This document shows, one piece after another, positions 18,701 through 27,359 of a stretch of DNA of 64,000 nucleotides. This DNA is from Candidatus Poriferihabitaceae bacterium (GTDB lineage Bacteria; Pseudomonadota; Gammaproteobacteria; Arenicellales; Poriferihabitantaceae), in contig OZ243919.1 of assembly GCA_965213885.1 (NCBI GenBank), positions 1,372,692 through 1,436,691 on the forward strand, read 5' to 3'. The first letter of the stretch is position 1; every line of letters starts with the position of its first letter. Under the pieces are notes generated by a model. The model ran no database searches. It worked only from the letters and a program-made list of their open reading frames with translations, and was not told the DNA's origin. A program made the position numbers and the translations under genes.

Positions 18701-21594
18701 GCCGGATCGGCCGTGACTGTGAAGGTGGCATTGCCGCCCTCGTCCACGGCGGAGCCCGCCCGGAGGCTGAGCTCGGGCGTGGCGGGTGTGACCGGCTGTT
18801 CCTCGGCCTGCGCTTCCTCTTCCTGCGGTGCTTCCTCCTGCGGCAGGTTCGCCAGGCATTCGAGCGCCGGCGCCACCGGCGCCCAGCGCTTCAGGCCCCG
18901 ATCCGCTTGCGCCTGCGCCTCGGCGACGGTCATCGGGCGGTTGCTGTACTGGTTACTCACCCCGAAGGCGGCCAGCACCCGGCTCCAGCGCTCGACATGG
19001 CCCGAGGTCCGCCAGGTCTCGCTCGCAGCCAGCTGGGCGTCGGCCAGCAGGGCGTCGGAGACGCAAGAGGGTGTCTGGCTGTCAGCGCTCTCGGCGCTGG
19101 CACTCAGGGCATCACTGTCCGGCCCCACCTTGAGCGTTGCTGTGGCGGCGAGTGTGTCGAGTGGCTGCACCACGCCGTTACCATCCACGTATTCCGGTGT
19201 CACCGTGACCGTCAGTGTCATCGCTTCCTGGGCGTTGTGCTGGATGGTGGCCGTGGTGCCCGTTACGCTCTCGGCACCGGAGACGGCGGTCTGCTGATCG
19301 CTGCTCTCGGCCTCCCAGGACACGTCATAGGAGGTGGCGTGTGCCACCGCGTCCCAGGTGACGCTGGCGCTGGCGTCGTCCACCGCCGCCAGCTGCAGGT
19401 TGGAGACTGTTTCAGTGGGCGCCTGCGCCGGCGCGGCCTGCGCGGGCGCGTTGTTGCCCACGGGGCATAGCCCGCCATTGATCCGCACGCACTTGCTGCC
19501 CGGAGCCAGCCGGAACGGACGGCCGGTGGGCGTTACCTTGAAGGTCGCGCTGCCCGCCCCGGCATTGTGCCGGATCCCGATGGGGACCCTGAACTCGGAG
19601 AAACCCCTGGTGAGTGCCTTGTAGCCCGACTTGCCCAGACCCTGCTTGCGGTTGTCGTTGACCACATCGCCCGTGTCCTCGACCTCCCACTTGACATAGA
19701 GGTCAGTGGGCAGGCCGCCATTGACCGAGCGGATGGTGAACCTGGCGTGGTGCGAGTAGTCCTTCTTGTCCTGGTACCCCGACACCTTCAGAACGGGCAG
19801 GTCGTCCTTGATGGTGATGACCGTGCTGATGGTCTCGTTGGCAATGCGGGTCGAGTTCGGGATCTCCAGCAGGTCCGTGGTCTCCTTGCCTGACACGGTG
19901 CTCTTCTGCAGCCGGATTTTCACCGACTCGTCCGGCTCATCTGAGCTGCCATCGTCGAACAGCGTCAGATCGAGGTAGGTGCCGAGCTCCCCCTTCGGCA
20001 GGGTCGCGAGGTGGCAGCCCGTCGTGACCTTCATGCCGTCCGGGCGCACCAGCGTGTAGTCGTCGCCGAGCGTCGCCGAGCCCGTCACGCAATACTCGAA
20101 ATGCGCATCGACCTGCAGCGGCCGGTCGGGTATCGAGGAATGCGCAGGGGCCAGAGCGATCTTGATCCTGTGCCCACTGTCGACCCCGTCCCTCAGGACC
20201 GTCCCGTGCTCGTCGACCTTGAGCAGGGGCTTCGCTTCGTCGTCCTGGATGTATATCGTGATCCGGTTCGGCGAGCCCACTGAGTGGGTGCCCGTGCCTA
20301 CCATCTCCAGGACCACCGTCTCGGTTCCCTCGATCAGTGTGTCCTCGATGACCGTGATCGGCAGCGACGCAAGCGTCTTCCCCTTCGCCAGCGTCATCGT
20401 GCCCCGGTTGGTGTTCCGGTTGTAGCCGCCGCGCAGGCGGTAGTCGGTGCCGTAGGTTGCCGTGCTGCCCCCGTCCTCATTCCCGGGTACCACCCGGTAG
20501 GTTACCGTGTTATCCCAACCGGCCTGCGCCGAGAACGGGATGCCGACATCCTGATCGAGGGACGGTCTGCCTTCTCTCACGCCCGGTTTGCCGGCCCAGG
20601 TGCCGAAGGCAAGCGGCTGCTGGTGATAATCGTCGTCATCGATCACCAGGGTCTTGATACTGAACACGCTGTCGATCCCGTAGGGTGAAGGGAGCGGCTT
20701 TGCCGGGTTCGGATTCAATGCGATATTGACCGTTTCCTGCCCCGATATCACCAGCCGCTCCTTGCCGTCGACCCACATCGGCACCTGCTCGTGGTGGTTG
20801 TCTCCAAGGACCTGGATGCGGAACCGCTTCAGTGGTTGGTTGGCGGCGATGGACGAATCGACGCAGCCACTGTTTCTGGTCTGCCAGGCGCTCCCCACCC
20901 GTTCCTGTATCAGATAGTCGTCCTGCTCGGCATTGCCGCCGGTGCGCCGCGTGGCGCTGCCGGAGAAGCACAGGCGGAAGGGCAAGGCCGATGAAGAAGT
21001 CTGGTCGGTCTTGACCTGGAACTCCACATTCTTCGGCGCTGAATCCGTCTCCTTCACGCATGTGTAGGTTTTGCTGCTGCCTCCACCAACAGGGCAAGTA
21101 TCCTTGCCCCGGTCCAGCGAGAGCGAGAGAAACCGGGTGGCGTTGGTTGTGGGGGTGACGGGAGTGACTTGCGCGCCCTTGATCGTGAAGGTGTCGGAAA
21201 GGTTTGGAGGGAATGTCACGTCCTGCTGGTTCCCAAACCGAAGCAAGCCTCTCGGCTGCTTGCCACCTGTGACAGTCACCGTTACCGGATCGTCCACTGT
21301 GATCGCCGAACCGCTGTAGGCGAGAGTGATCTGCGCGGAGCGATGGCCTTGGGTAGCGCCACCGTGCGAGTGAGTAGCCTCACGCGCGAGTAGCTTGCCG
21401 CTTGCGATCGTCAGTCCCGAAGGCGCACCCGACAATGTAATCAGGGCAAGACCTGCTGCGCTCAGCCTGGCTTCGGCGGTCGGGTTTTTCAAACCCTCAG
21501 CATTTCCCGGAATCCGGTCATCCGGGTGAATGTATTTCTCTACGGCACCACCGCTCCCGCCAGCCGACATAAAAGTGGCGTTCTTCGGAATCAA
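15799..21594 (-). CDS. Giant type Va autotransporter: Calx-beta-rich, FN3-containing passenger plus C-terminal beta-barrel. The true N-terminus probably lies upstream (see findings).
   Basis: 1931 codons from the first canonical start (TTG). There are multiple Calx-beta-like modules (e.g. GTDYRLRGG...TLASLPITVIEDTLIEGTETVVLEM and DDTADEADGSVSVTLDTGTGYTV) and an FN3-like segment (SNLQLAAVDDASASVTWDAVAHATSYDVSW). The C-terminal ~300 aa match the autotransporter beta-domain pattern (LALWGRAAHSSFDGREGTFSLDGEATTALLGTDYARGQWLVGLAL...) and end MTVRW. Confidence 0.85.
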   Translation of the reverse strand: MIPKNATFMSAGGSGGAVEKYIHPDDRIPGNAEGLKNPTAEARLSAAGLALITLSGAPSGLTIASGKLLAREATHSHGGATQGHRSAQITLAYSGSAITVDDPVTVTVTGGKQPRGLLRFGNQQDVTFPPNLSDTFTIKGAQVTPVTPTTNATRFLSLSLDRGKDTCPVGGGSSKTYTCVKETDSAPKNVEFQVKTDQTSSSALPFRLCFSGSATRRTGGNAEQDDYLIQERVGSAWQTRNSGCVDSSIAANQPLKRFRIQVLGDNHHEQVPMWVDGKERLVISGQETVNIALNPNPAKPLPSPYGIDSVFSIKTLVIDDDDYHQQPLAFGTWAGKPGVREGRPSLDQDVGIPFSAQAGWDNTVTYRVVPGNEDGGSTATYGTDYRLRGGYNRNTNRGTMTLAKGKTLASLPITVIEDTLIEGTETVVLEMVGTGTHSVGSPNRITIYIQDDEAKPLLKVDEHGTVLRDGVDSGHRIKIALAPAHSSIPDRPLQVDAHFEYCVTGSATLGDDYTLVRPDGMKVTTGCHLATLPKGELGTYLDLTLFDDGSSDEPDESVKIRLQKSTVSGKETTDLLEIPNSTRIANETISTVITIKDDLPVLKVSGYQDKKDYSHHARFTIRSVNGGLPTDLYVKWEVEDTGDVVNDNRKQGLGKSGYKALTRGFSEFRVPIGIRHNAGAGSATFKVTPTGRPFRLAPGSKCVRINGGLCPVGNNAPAQAAPAQAPTETVSNLQLAAVDDASASVTWDAVAHATSYDVSWEAESSDQQTAVSGAESVTGTTATIQHNAQEAMTLTVTVTPEYVDGNGVVQPLDTLAATATLKVGPDSDALSASAESADSQTPSCVSDALLADAQLAASETWRTSGHVERWSRVLAAFGVSNQYSNRPMTVAEAQAQADRGLKRWAPVAPALECLANLPQEEAPQEEEAQAEEQPVTPATPELSLRAGSAVDEGGNATFTVTADPAPATDLTVTWTVAQSGEYLAAPGAGSRTVVLAAGTTSTDLSVATVDDTADEADGSVSVTLDTGTGYTVATGKGSGTVAVRDNDVTPATPELSLRAGSAVDEGGNATFTLTADPAPSADLTVTWTVAQSGEYLDTPGAGHRTVTLTAGDTSTALSVGTVDDDADEADGSVSVTLGTGTGYTIATGQGSAAVAVRDNDEPVIRIVAGTGVTEGSPASFTLTASPVPAAPLDVTLSVAQSGDFAASGEMGSRTVTVPVTGSATFEVATDDDGADEPDGSVTATVDAGTGYTVAASPENAATVAVSDNDATTPTSGPTISIADATLKENERNGWFTVRLSKATDQDVRFAYATRESTPVSATANRDYSHVPRAWRIGSRIRAGETFTEIRIGIRDDSHDENPETFEVELFDAFMYRSGQKVPVSITDDVAVGTIVNDDPMPAAWLSRFGRTVAEQALDGISGRLSAPRTAGTEGTFGGISLQPRDSGDGDSDQSDPLDPFSEFSQLNQSDPFSPFNPSGPVLHGFGIDGIDTNEGVDGMAPPGIRTMTLQELLLGSHFTATGPGDSSGGSLALWGRAAHSSFDGREGTFSLDGEATTALLGTDYARGQWLVGLALLQSGGEGGYRDTETGSRAASQLCTDADHDMDPQTREVLCGGAVREGDGTVESSLTAAVPYGAIRVSERLKLWGALGYGTGEVTLKPEVGGSLRSDLTWTMASAGLRGDVIAPPAQGSGPALAITSDALWSRTESDRTSELAASDSDVTRLRLGLEGSWRIATEGGGHVTPKVELGLRRDGGDAESGSGVEVGGGIAWVDPSLGLSLDLSGRTLITHEADDLEDRGFAASLAFDPDPASERGLSLALRQEMGGQAEGGLDALFRADPLEDRTGSGETAARWTVEAAYGFPALGGRFTGSPHAGFGFMGDGRDVTVGWRLSRVSSGVPDLSFGVRATRRESMGTAPVHGVGFEMTVRW
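18116..18793. repeat. Two near-identical tandem 339-bp (113-codon) units inside the autotransporter, with more diverged copies to the left
   Basis: tcattgtcgcgcaccgccaccg recurs at 18116 and 18455. The peptides are TPATPELSLRAGSAVDEGGNATFT(V/L)TADPAP..DLTVTWTVAQSGEYL...VAVRDND, twice. Confidence 0.8.
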
Positions 21595-21810
21595 TGTGAT
21601 CGTCGCCCCATCCAGGGAAGCGGCCGCTATCTCGGTGGGGTCAAGAACCAGGGAAGGCGCACTCTGTGCCTGTGCACCAGCGGCAAGGCCAAGCAGGAGT
21701 GCAATGGCTGCAACACGGCGCAGGACGCCGGCAAGGGTGCAGCGGGCGGGAAGGTCGGACTCAGATAGAGAGGATACTAGGCGACGAAGCCATGAAAATA
21801 CAAACAGGGC

Positions 21811-21875
21811 GGCTCGGCTCGGCTCGGCTCGGCTCGGCTCGGCTCGGCTCGGCTCGGCTCGGCTCGGCTCGGCTC
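21811..21875. repeat. Perfect pentanucleotide simple-sequence repeat (GGCTC)13; GAGCC on the coding strand of the autotransporter
   Basis: Counted directly: 13 uninterrupted units (65 nt), flanked by the partial units gggc and ggc. Confidence 0.97.
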
Positions 21876-22227
21876 GGCAATCATGGTCTGACCATCATCT
21901 GACCATGTCAACCCCGGGGTCGCGCCCGAATCCGTACAGGACGCCCAAGGGAATTCTCGGAATTTCCCAATGTCGGTGGTGCGTTGCTGTCCGTTCCCGT
22001 GGTTCCGGTCGTTCATCGCTGTGCCTCTTCTGTGGATTGCTTCAGGAATCCTGATAAGGATTGCATGGGCTACGGGACCGGCCGGATACCAACTCCCGCC
22101 GCCCGCGCAGAACAGGCGCGATTCTCCTACAGAACCACTCCATTCTCAAGACTGAGTGACCGCGGCCGGAATAACCACGGATTGACCTGCTCCGGCTGTT
22201 GCTTGCCGGGCTGCCAGCGCCCGAATC

Positions 22228-22713
22228 TCAGAACGGGATGTCGTCGTCGAAATCGTCAAACGCACCCTTGGGTTGCTGGCTGCCGCCTTCCCGGGGGTTC
22301 GTGGCTGGGCCGGATGTCGGGCGGGACGGCGCGGACTGGTCATAGTCGTCCCCTGCCCCGCCACCAGTTCCACCACGCCCACCAAGCATCTGCATGTCGT
22401 TGGCGATGATCTCGGTTGTCCAGCGGTCCTGGCCACTTTGATCCTGCCATTTTCGGGTTTGCAACCGGCCTTCGATATACACCTGCTGCCCCTTCTTGAG
22501 CCAGTCCTCGGCAACTTTTGCCAGGCCGCGAAACATGACCACACGATGCCATTCGGTATTCTCCCGGGTTTCGCCGGTATTCCTGTCCTTCCAGGATTCA
22601 CTGGTGGCCAGGTTGATATTGGCAATGGGATCACCGCTTTGCGTGTAGCGGATTTCCGGGTCACGCCCCAGGTTCCCCACCAGGATCACCTTGTTGATTC
22701 CTCTATTGGGCAT
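22228..22713 (-). CDS. ssb: Single-stranded DNA-binding protein
   Basis: 161 aa with an OB-fold N-terminus ([18 protein letters not shown]), a Gly-rich linker and the acidic tip DDDIPF. Confidence 0.95.
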   Translation of the reverse strand: MPNRGINKVILVGNLGRDPEIRYTQSGDPIANINLATSESWKDRNTGETRENTEWHRVVMFRGLAKVAEDWLKKGQQVYIEGRLQTRKWQDQSGQDRWTTEIIANDMQMLGGRGGTGGGAGDDYDQSAPSRPTSGPATNPREGGSQQPKGAFDDFDDDIPF

Positions 22714-22718
22714 CGTGA

Positions 22719-24125
22719 TTAATCTCCCCGTATTTGGTCAAGTTTCTGAAGTGCGGCGATATCCAATTCCCTGTCATCGACCTTGAGGTACGCCAATGTC
22801 TCGCCGCGCACGATGGTTACCTCCTGGACGCCTCTGACTGCCTGTATTCTATCAACCAGGGCTTCCCTGTGCGAGTGATTTGCCGAGTCTCCGATATGGA
22901 TCACCCGTGAGGATGAAAGGCGGAACGCCGGTGACAGCCAGGCAATGACCAGCCAAGCCAGCACCAGTACCGCGCACAGGAGAAACACCGCACCGGCACC
23001 GTAACCGCCCGACATCCAGCCCGCCAGGCCGCCGCCGACGAACACACCGAAGAACTGGAAGGTATTGAAGATACCGATGGCCGTACCCTTGTCTGCCGCC
23101 GGAGACACCCGTGAGACCAGGGAGGGCAACATTGCCTCCAGCGCGTTGAAACCGCAGAAAAACACCCACAGGCAGGCAGGCAGCCACAGGAAGGGACTGC
23201 CGTCTCCCCACGTCACCAGCGCAAACCCGCCCAGGGCGGCCAGGAGCAGGAAAATGGCGATTCGGAACATGGGTGCAACCATGTTGGTTCTGGAACCCAT
23301 AACAATCAAGGGCGCCATGCCGATCACGGACATCAGCAGTACCGGGAAATAGACTTTCCAGTGTTCGTGCAATGCCATATCTCCCATCCGGGACAATTCG
23401 GCGGGCACGACCACGAACAGGGCCGTAAGAACCAGGTGCAGGACAAAGGCACCGACATTCAGGCGCAGCAACTGCGGGTCGCGCAGAACCGCAGGCACCC
23501 GACTGGTGGTGGGCGTGACATCGCGATGCCGCAAATGTCTGGACGGGGACGGCACAACGCCGTACAGCAGAAACAGCGCCACGACACCAAGCCCCGCAGT
23601 CAGCCAGAACAGTCCCTGGACACCGATGTACAGAGACAGCGCGGGTGCCAGAGCCATGGACGTGAGGAACACCGCGCCGATACTGATCCCGATCAGTGCC
23701 ATGGCCTTGGTGCGTTGTTCCTCGCGAGTCAGGTCCGCCGTCAGTGCCAGCACTGCCGAGGACACGGCTCCCGCGCCCTGAATCGCGCGACCTGCGATCA
23801 GCCATGGCAGCGTGTCTGCAAGGGCGGCAACCACGCTGCCGGCGATGAAGATGAGGAGTCCGAACGCGATCACGCCCCTGCGGCCGAAAATGTCCGAGCA
23901 CATGCCGAAAGAAAGCTGGAACAGGGCCTGCGTCAATCCGTAGATGCCCAGGGCCAGTCCCACCAGGAACGGCGTGCTGCCCGGCATGACAGCAGCATGC
24001 AGGGCCAGTACCGGCAGCAGCAGGAAGAGCCCGAACATGCGCGCGGAAACGACGCCGGACAGTGCCAGCACTGACCGCCGTTCCATCGCATTCATCGGAC
24101 TGGCGGCAGGCAATCCTTCACGCAA
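22719..24125 (-). CDS. MFS transporter with a small C-terminal cytoplasmic domain
   Basis: About 12 TM segments and the MFS motif [11 protein letters not shown]. The same uvrA / MFS-ssb divergent arrangement occurs in pseudomonads (from memory). Confidence 0.85.
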   Translation of the reverse strand: MREGLPAASPMNAMERRSVLALSGVVSARMFGLFLLLPVLALHAAVMPGSTPFLVGLALGIYGLTQALFQLSFGMCSDIFGRRGVIAFGLLIFIAGSVVAALADTLPWLIAGRAIQGAGAVSSAVLALTADLTREEQRTKAMALIGISIGAVFLTSMALAPALSLYIGVQGLFWLTAGLGVVALFLLYGVVPSPSRHLRHRDVTPTTSRVPAVLRDPQLLRLNVGAFVLHLVLTALFVVVPAELSRMGDMALHEHWKVYFPVLLMSVIGMAPLIVMGSRTNMVAPMFRIAIFLLLAALGGFALVTWGDGSPFLWLPACLWVFFCGFNALEAMLPSLVSRVSPAADKGTAIGIFNTFQFFGVFVGGGLAGWMSGGYGAGAVFLLCAVLVLAWLVIAWLSPAFRLSSSRVIHIGDSANHSHREALVDRIQAVRGVQEVTIVRGETLAYLKVDDRELDIAALQKLDQIRGD

Positions 24126-24194
24126 TTTTTATTTGGCTCGGAGTTGGAAGACGGCGTATAGTATCAGGTTTGTCCAGACTCGCTGGCAGCTTTC

Positions 24195-27038
24195 GTGTCC
24201 ACCGAAAAAATCCGAATCCGCGGTGCGCGCACGCACAACCTCAAGGCGATTGATCTCGACCTTACCCGGGATCAGCTCATCGTTTTCACGGGGCTGTCAG
24301 GTTCGGGAAAGTCCTCACTGGCCTTTGACACCATCTACGCGGAGGGTCAGCGACGCTATGTCGAATCCCTCTCTACCTACGCTCGGCAATTCCTTTCGAT
24401 GATGGAGAAACCGGAGGTGGACCTGATTGAGGGACTCTCCCCGGCAATCAGCATCGAGCAGAAGTCTTCCTCCCACAATCCGCGCTCCACGGTCGGCACG
24501 GTAACCGAAGTCTATGATTACCTTCGCCTGCTGTTCGCCCGTATCGGGGAACCCCGTTGCCCGAACCACGACATCACCCTGGAGGCCCAGACCGTGAGCC
24601 AGATGGTGGACCAGGTCATGTCTCTCGGGGAGAGCCGCCTGATGTTGCTGGCGCCGGTGGTCAATGACCGCAAGGGAGAGTTTCAGCAGCTCCTGGGGGA
24701 ACTCCATTCCCAGGGCTACATTCGCGCCGTGGTCGATGGGGAAACGGTCGAACTCGACACTCCACCCAAGCTGGACAAGCGCTACAAGCACAGTATCGAG
24801 GTGGTGGTGGACCGGGTCGTGGCCAGGGACGGCAATCAGCAGCGACTGGCGGAATCCTTCGAAACCGCATTGGCTCTCACGGATGGCACTGTCCGGGTCG
24901 CGGTGCTTGGCGATGACCGTCAGGTGTCGAAGTCCTTCCTGTTTTCCAGCAAGTTCGCCTGCCCCCACTGCGGGTACAGCCTGACCGAGCTGGAGCCGAG
25001 ACTGTTTTCCTTCAACAATCCCGCCGGGGCCTGCCAGGAATGCGATGGGCTCGGCGTGATGCTGTTCTTCGACCCGGACCGTATCGTCGTGGATCCGGAA
25101 CTATCACTATCCGCCGGCGCCATTCGCGGCTGGGACCGCCGGAGCGCCTACTTTTTTACCCAGCTTTCCTGCCTGGCGGATCACTACGGATTCAGTGTGG
25201 ACCAGCCGTTCAACACGCTGACGCGGAAACAGCAGGACTTCGTACTCTACGGCAGCGGTCGGGAAAAAATCGACTTCGTGTATTTCCGGCACGGTACGCA
25301 CTTCCGGAAGCAGCATGTATTCGAAGGCGTGATCAACAATTACGAACGACGCTACCGGGAAACCGAATCCAGTGCGGCTCGGGAGGAACTGGCCCGCAAC
25401 ATGAGCACTCGCCCCTGCAGCGCCTGCGAAGGCAGCCGGCTCAGGCGAGCGGCGCGCCACGTATATGTCGGCAACCGTACGATCCAGGATATCACCACCA
25501 TGACGGTGGACCGGGCGCTCGATTTTTTTGCCTCCCTGGAGCTGGAAGGCCGACGTGCGAAGATTGCCGCGAAGATCGCACATGAAATCAAGGCCCGCCT
25601 CGGATTTCTCACCAATGTGGGACTGAATTATCTGACCCTGTCCCGTGCGGCGGAAACCCTTTCCGGCGGCGAGGCCCAGCGAATCCGTCTGGCCTCCCAG
25701 ATCGGGTCCGGACTCGTGGGGGTGATGTATGTGCTGGATGAACCCTCGATCGGTCTGCACCAGCGCGACAACAACCGGCTGCTGGAGACACTGTTCCACC
25801 TGAGGGACCTTGGTAACACCGTCATCATGGTGGAACACGACGAGGGAGCCATTCTCAGTGCGGACTACGTCGTGGACATCGGCCCGGGCGCAGGCAAGCA
25901 CGGCGGCGCAGTGGTCGCCGAAGGGCCACCGCAGAAGCTGATCCACGACCCCGAGTCGATCACCGCCCGCTACCTGAGCGGACGGGAGACCATCCCGATA
26001 CCAGCAACGCGCACCCCGATGGACCCCGGACGGGTACTGCGTGTCTCCGGCGCCCGGGGCAACAATCTCAAGGGAGTCACCGCCGAGATTCCCGTGGGAT
26101 TGCTGACCTGTGTGACCGGTGTTTCAGGATCCGGCAAGTCGACCCTGGTGAACGGGACTCTCTATCCGGCCGTCGCCCACCAGCTCCAACTCCTGCGGGC
26201 AAGTCCGATGCCTTTCGAAGACATCAGCGGCCTGGATCATTTCGACAAGATCATCATGATCGACCAGAGCCCCATCGGACGCACCCCGCGGTCCAACCCC
26301 GCAACCTATACGGGTCTGTTCACCCACATACGCGATATATTCACCCATACACAGGAAGCCAGGGCCAGGGGCTACAGGCCCGGCCGGTTCTCCTTCAACG
26401 TCAAGGGTGGCCGTTGTGAGGCCTGCCAGGGGGACGGCATGATCAGGGTGGAAATGCATTTCCTGCCGGATATCTTTGTCGCCTGCGACGTGTGCAAGGG
26501 AGAGCGCTACAACCGGGAAACCCTGGACGTGCGTTTCAAGGGCCGCAACATCAGCGAGGTGCTGCAGATGACAGTGGAGGAATCGGCAGAATTCTTTTCC
26601 GCGATCCCCACAATCAAGAAGAAACTGGACACCCTGCTGGATGTGGGGCTGGGGTACATCACCCTCGGCCAGAGCGCCACCACCCTGTCCGGCGGCGAAG
26701 CACAACGCATCAAGCTTTCACGGGAATTGTCCAAGCGAGACACCGGGCGAACCCTGTACGTACTGGACGAGCCCACCACCGGACTGCATTTCCATGACAT
26801 CCGCCAGTTGCTCGGGGTACTGCACCGCCTCAGGGATCATGGCAATACCGTGATGGTCATCGAACATAACCTGGACGTCATCAAGACCGCGGACTGGATC
26901 ATCGACCTGGGCCCGGAAGGCGGTGATGGGGGCGGTGAAATCATCGCAGCCGGCACCCCGGAAGACGTGATCAAGGTACGGAATTCCTACACGGGTAAAT
27001 ACCTGAAACCCGCCCTGAACCTCATGATGATTGCCTGA
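24195..27038 (+). CDS. uvrA: Excinuclease ABC subunit A
   Basis: 947 aa. [18 protein letters not shown]...[28 protein letters not shown], two ABC modules and zinc-finger cysteines (CPHCGYS...CQEC; CEACQGDG...CDVC). Confidence 0.97.
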   Translation: MSTEKIRIRGARTHNLKAIDLDLTRDQLIVFTGLSGSGKSSLAFDTIYAEGQRRYVESLSTYARQFLSMMEKPEVDLIEGLSPAISIEQKSSSHNPRSTVGTVTEVYDYLRLLFARIGEPRCPNHDITLEAQTVSQMVDQVMSLGESRLMLLAPVVNDRKGEFQQLLGELHSQGYIRAVVDGETVELDTPPKLDKRYKHSIEVVVDRVVARDGNQQRLAESFETALALTDGTVRVAVLGDDRQVSKSFLFSSKFACPHCGYSLTELEPRLFSFNNPAGACQECDGLGVMLFFDPDRIVVDPELSLSAGAIRGWDRRSAYFFTQLSCLADHYGFSVDQPFNTLTRKQQDFVLYGSGREKIDFVYFRHGTHFRKQHVFEGVINNYERRYRETESSAAREELARNMSTRPCSACEGSRLRRAARHVYVGNRTIQDITTMTVDRALDFFASLELEGRRAKIAAKIAHEIKARLGFLTNVGLNYLTLSRAAETLSGGEAQRIRLASQIGSGLVGVMYVLDEPSIGLHQRDNNRLLETLFHLRDLGNTVIMVEHDEGAILSADYVVDIGPGAGKHGGAVVAEGPPQKLIHDPESITARYLSGRETIPIPATRTPMDPGRVLRVSGARGNNLKGVTAEIPVGLLTCVTGVSGSGKSTLVNGTLYPAVAHQLQLLRASPMPFEDISGLDHFDKIIMIDQSPIGRTPRSNPATYTGLFTHIRDIFTHTQEARARGYRPGRFSFNVKGGRCEACQGDGMIRVEMHFLPDIFVACDVCKGERYNRETLDVRFKGRNISEVLQMTVEESAEFFSAIPTIKKKLDTLLDVGLGYITLGQSATTLSGGEAQRIKLSRELSKRDTGRTLYVLDEPTTGLHFHDIRQLLGVLHRLRDHGNTVMVIEHNLDVIKTADWIIDLGPEGGDGGGEIIAAGTPEDVIKVRNSYTGKYLKPALNLMMIA

Positions 27039-27359
27039 GCCGTGACCATATTGAGCGGTTGAAACCGGAGAAGGGAACGGCCTCGGGGCAGAACAGCACC
27101 AACCTTCCCCGCAATGCGCCGCAAAGAGCCGGAACCCCGCATTGGCGGTGGTCCCCACCTGTCACGGCAAGGATTCTTCCCGAAGGGAATGCGGTACGCT
27201 GACGGGGATGTCCGGGAATGGCTATTCCGCCAACGGCAAATCCGCCGGGATGGCCATGCCGACCCGATGGTGCAGAACCCGGCCCCGGCATTTACCTCTC
27301 CAGAACACAATGGGGCCTAAAATGGCGGATTCGGTTACTGTCCTGCGGATGAACGGGTG

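Noticed and set aside
21530-22054. + strand ORF encoding (ARLGS)n across the pentanucleotide repeat
   Set aside because: A 5-nt repeat is open in all frames, so the ORF is a by-product of the repeat. The biologically coherent reading is on the - strand, with the autotransporter.
24126-24194. Expected LexA/SOS box in the uvrA / MFS-ssb divergent promoter
   Set aside because: I could not find a CTG-N10-CAG or TTAG-N6-TACTA type palindrome. Only weak partial matches (TATAGTATCA) are present.
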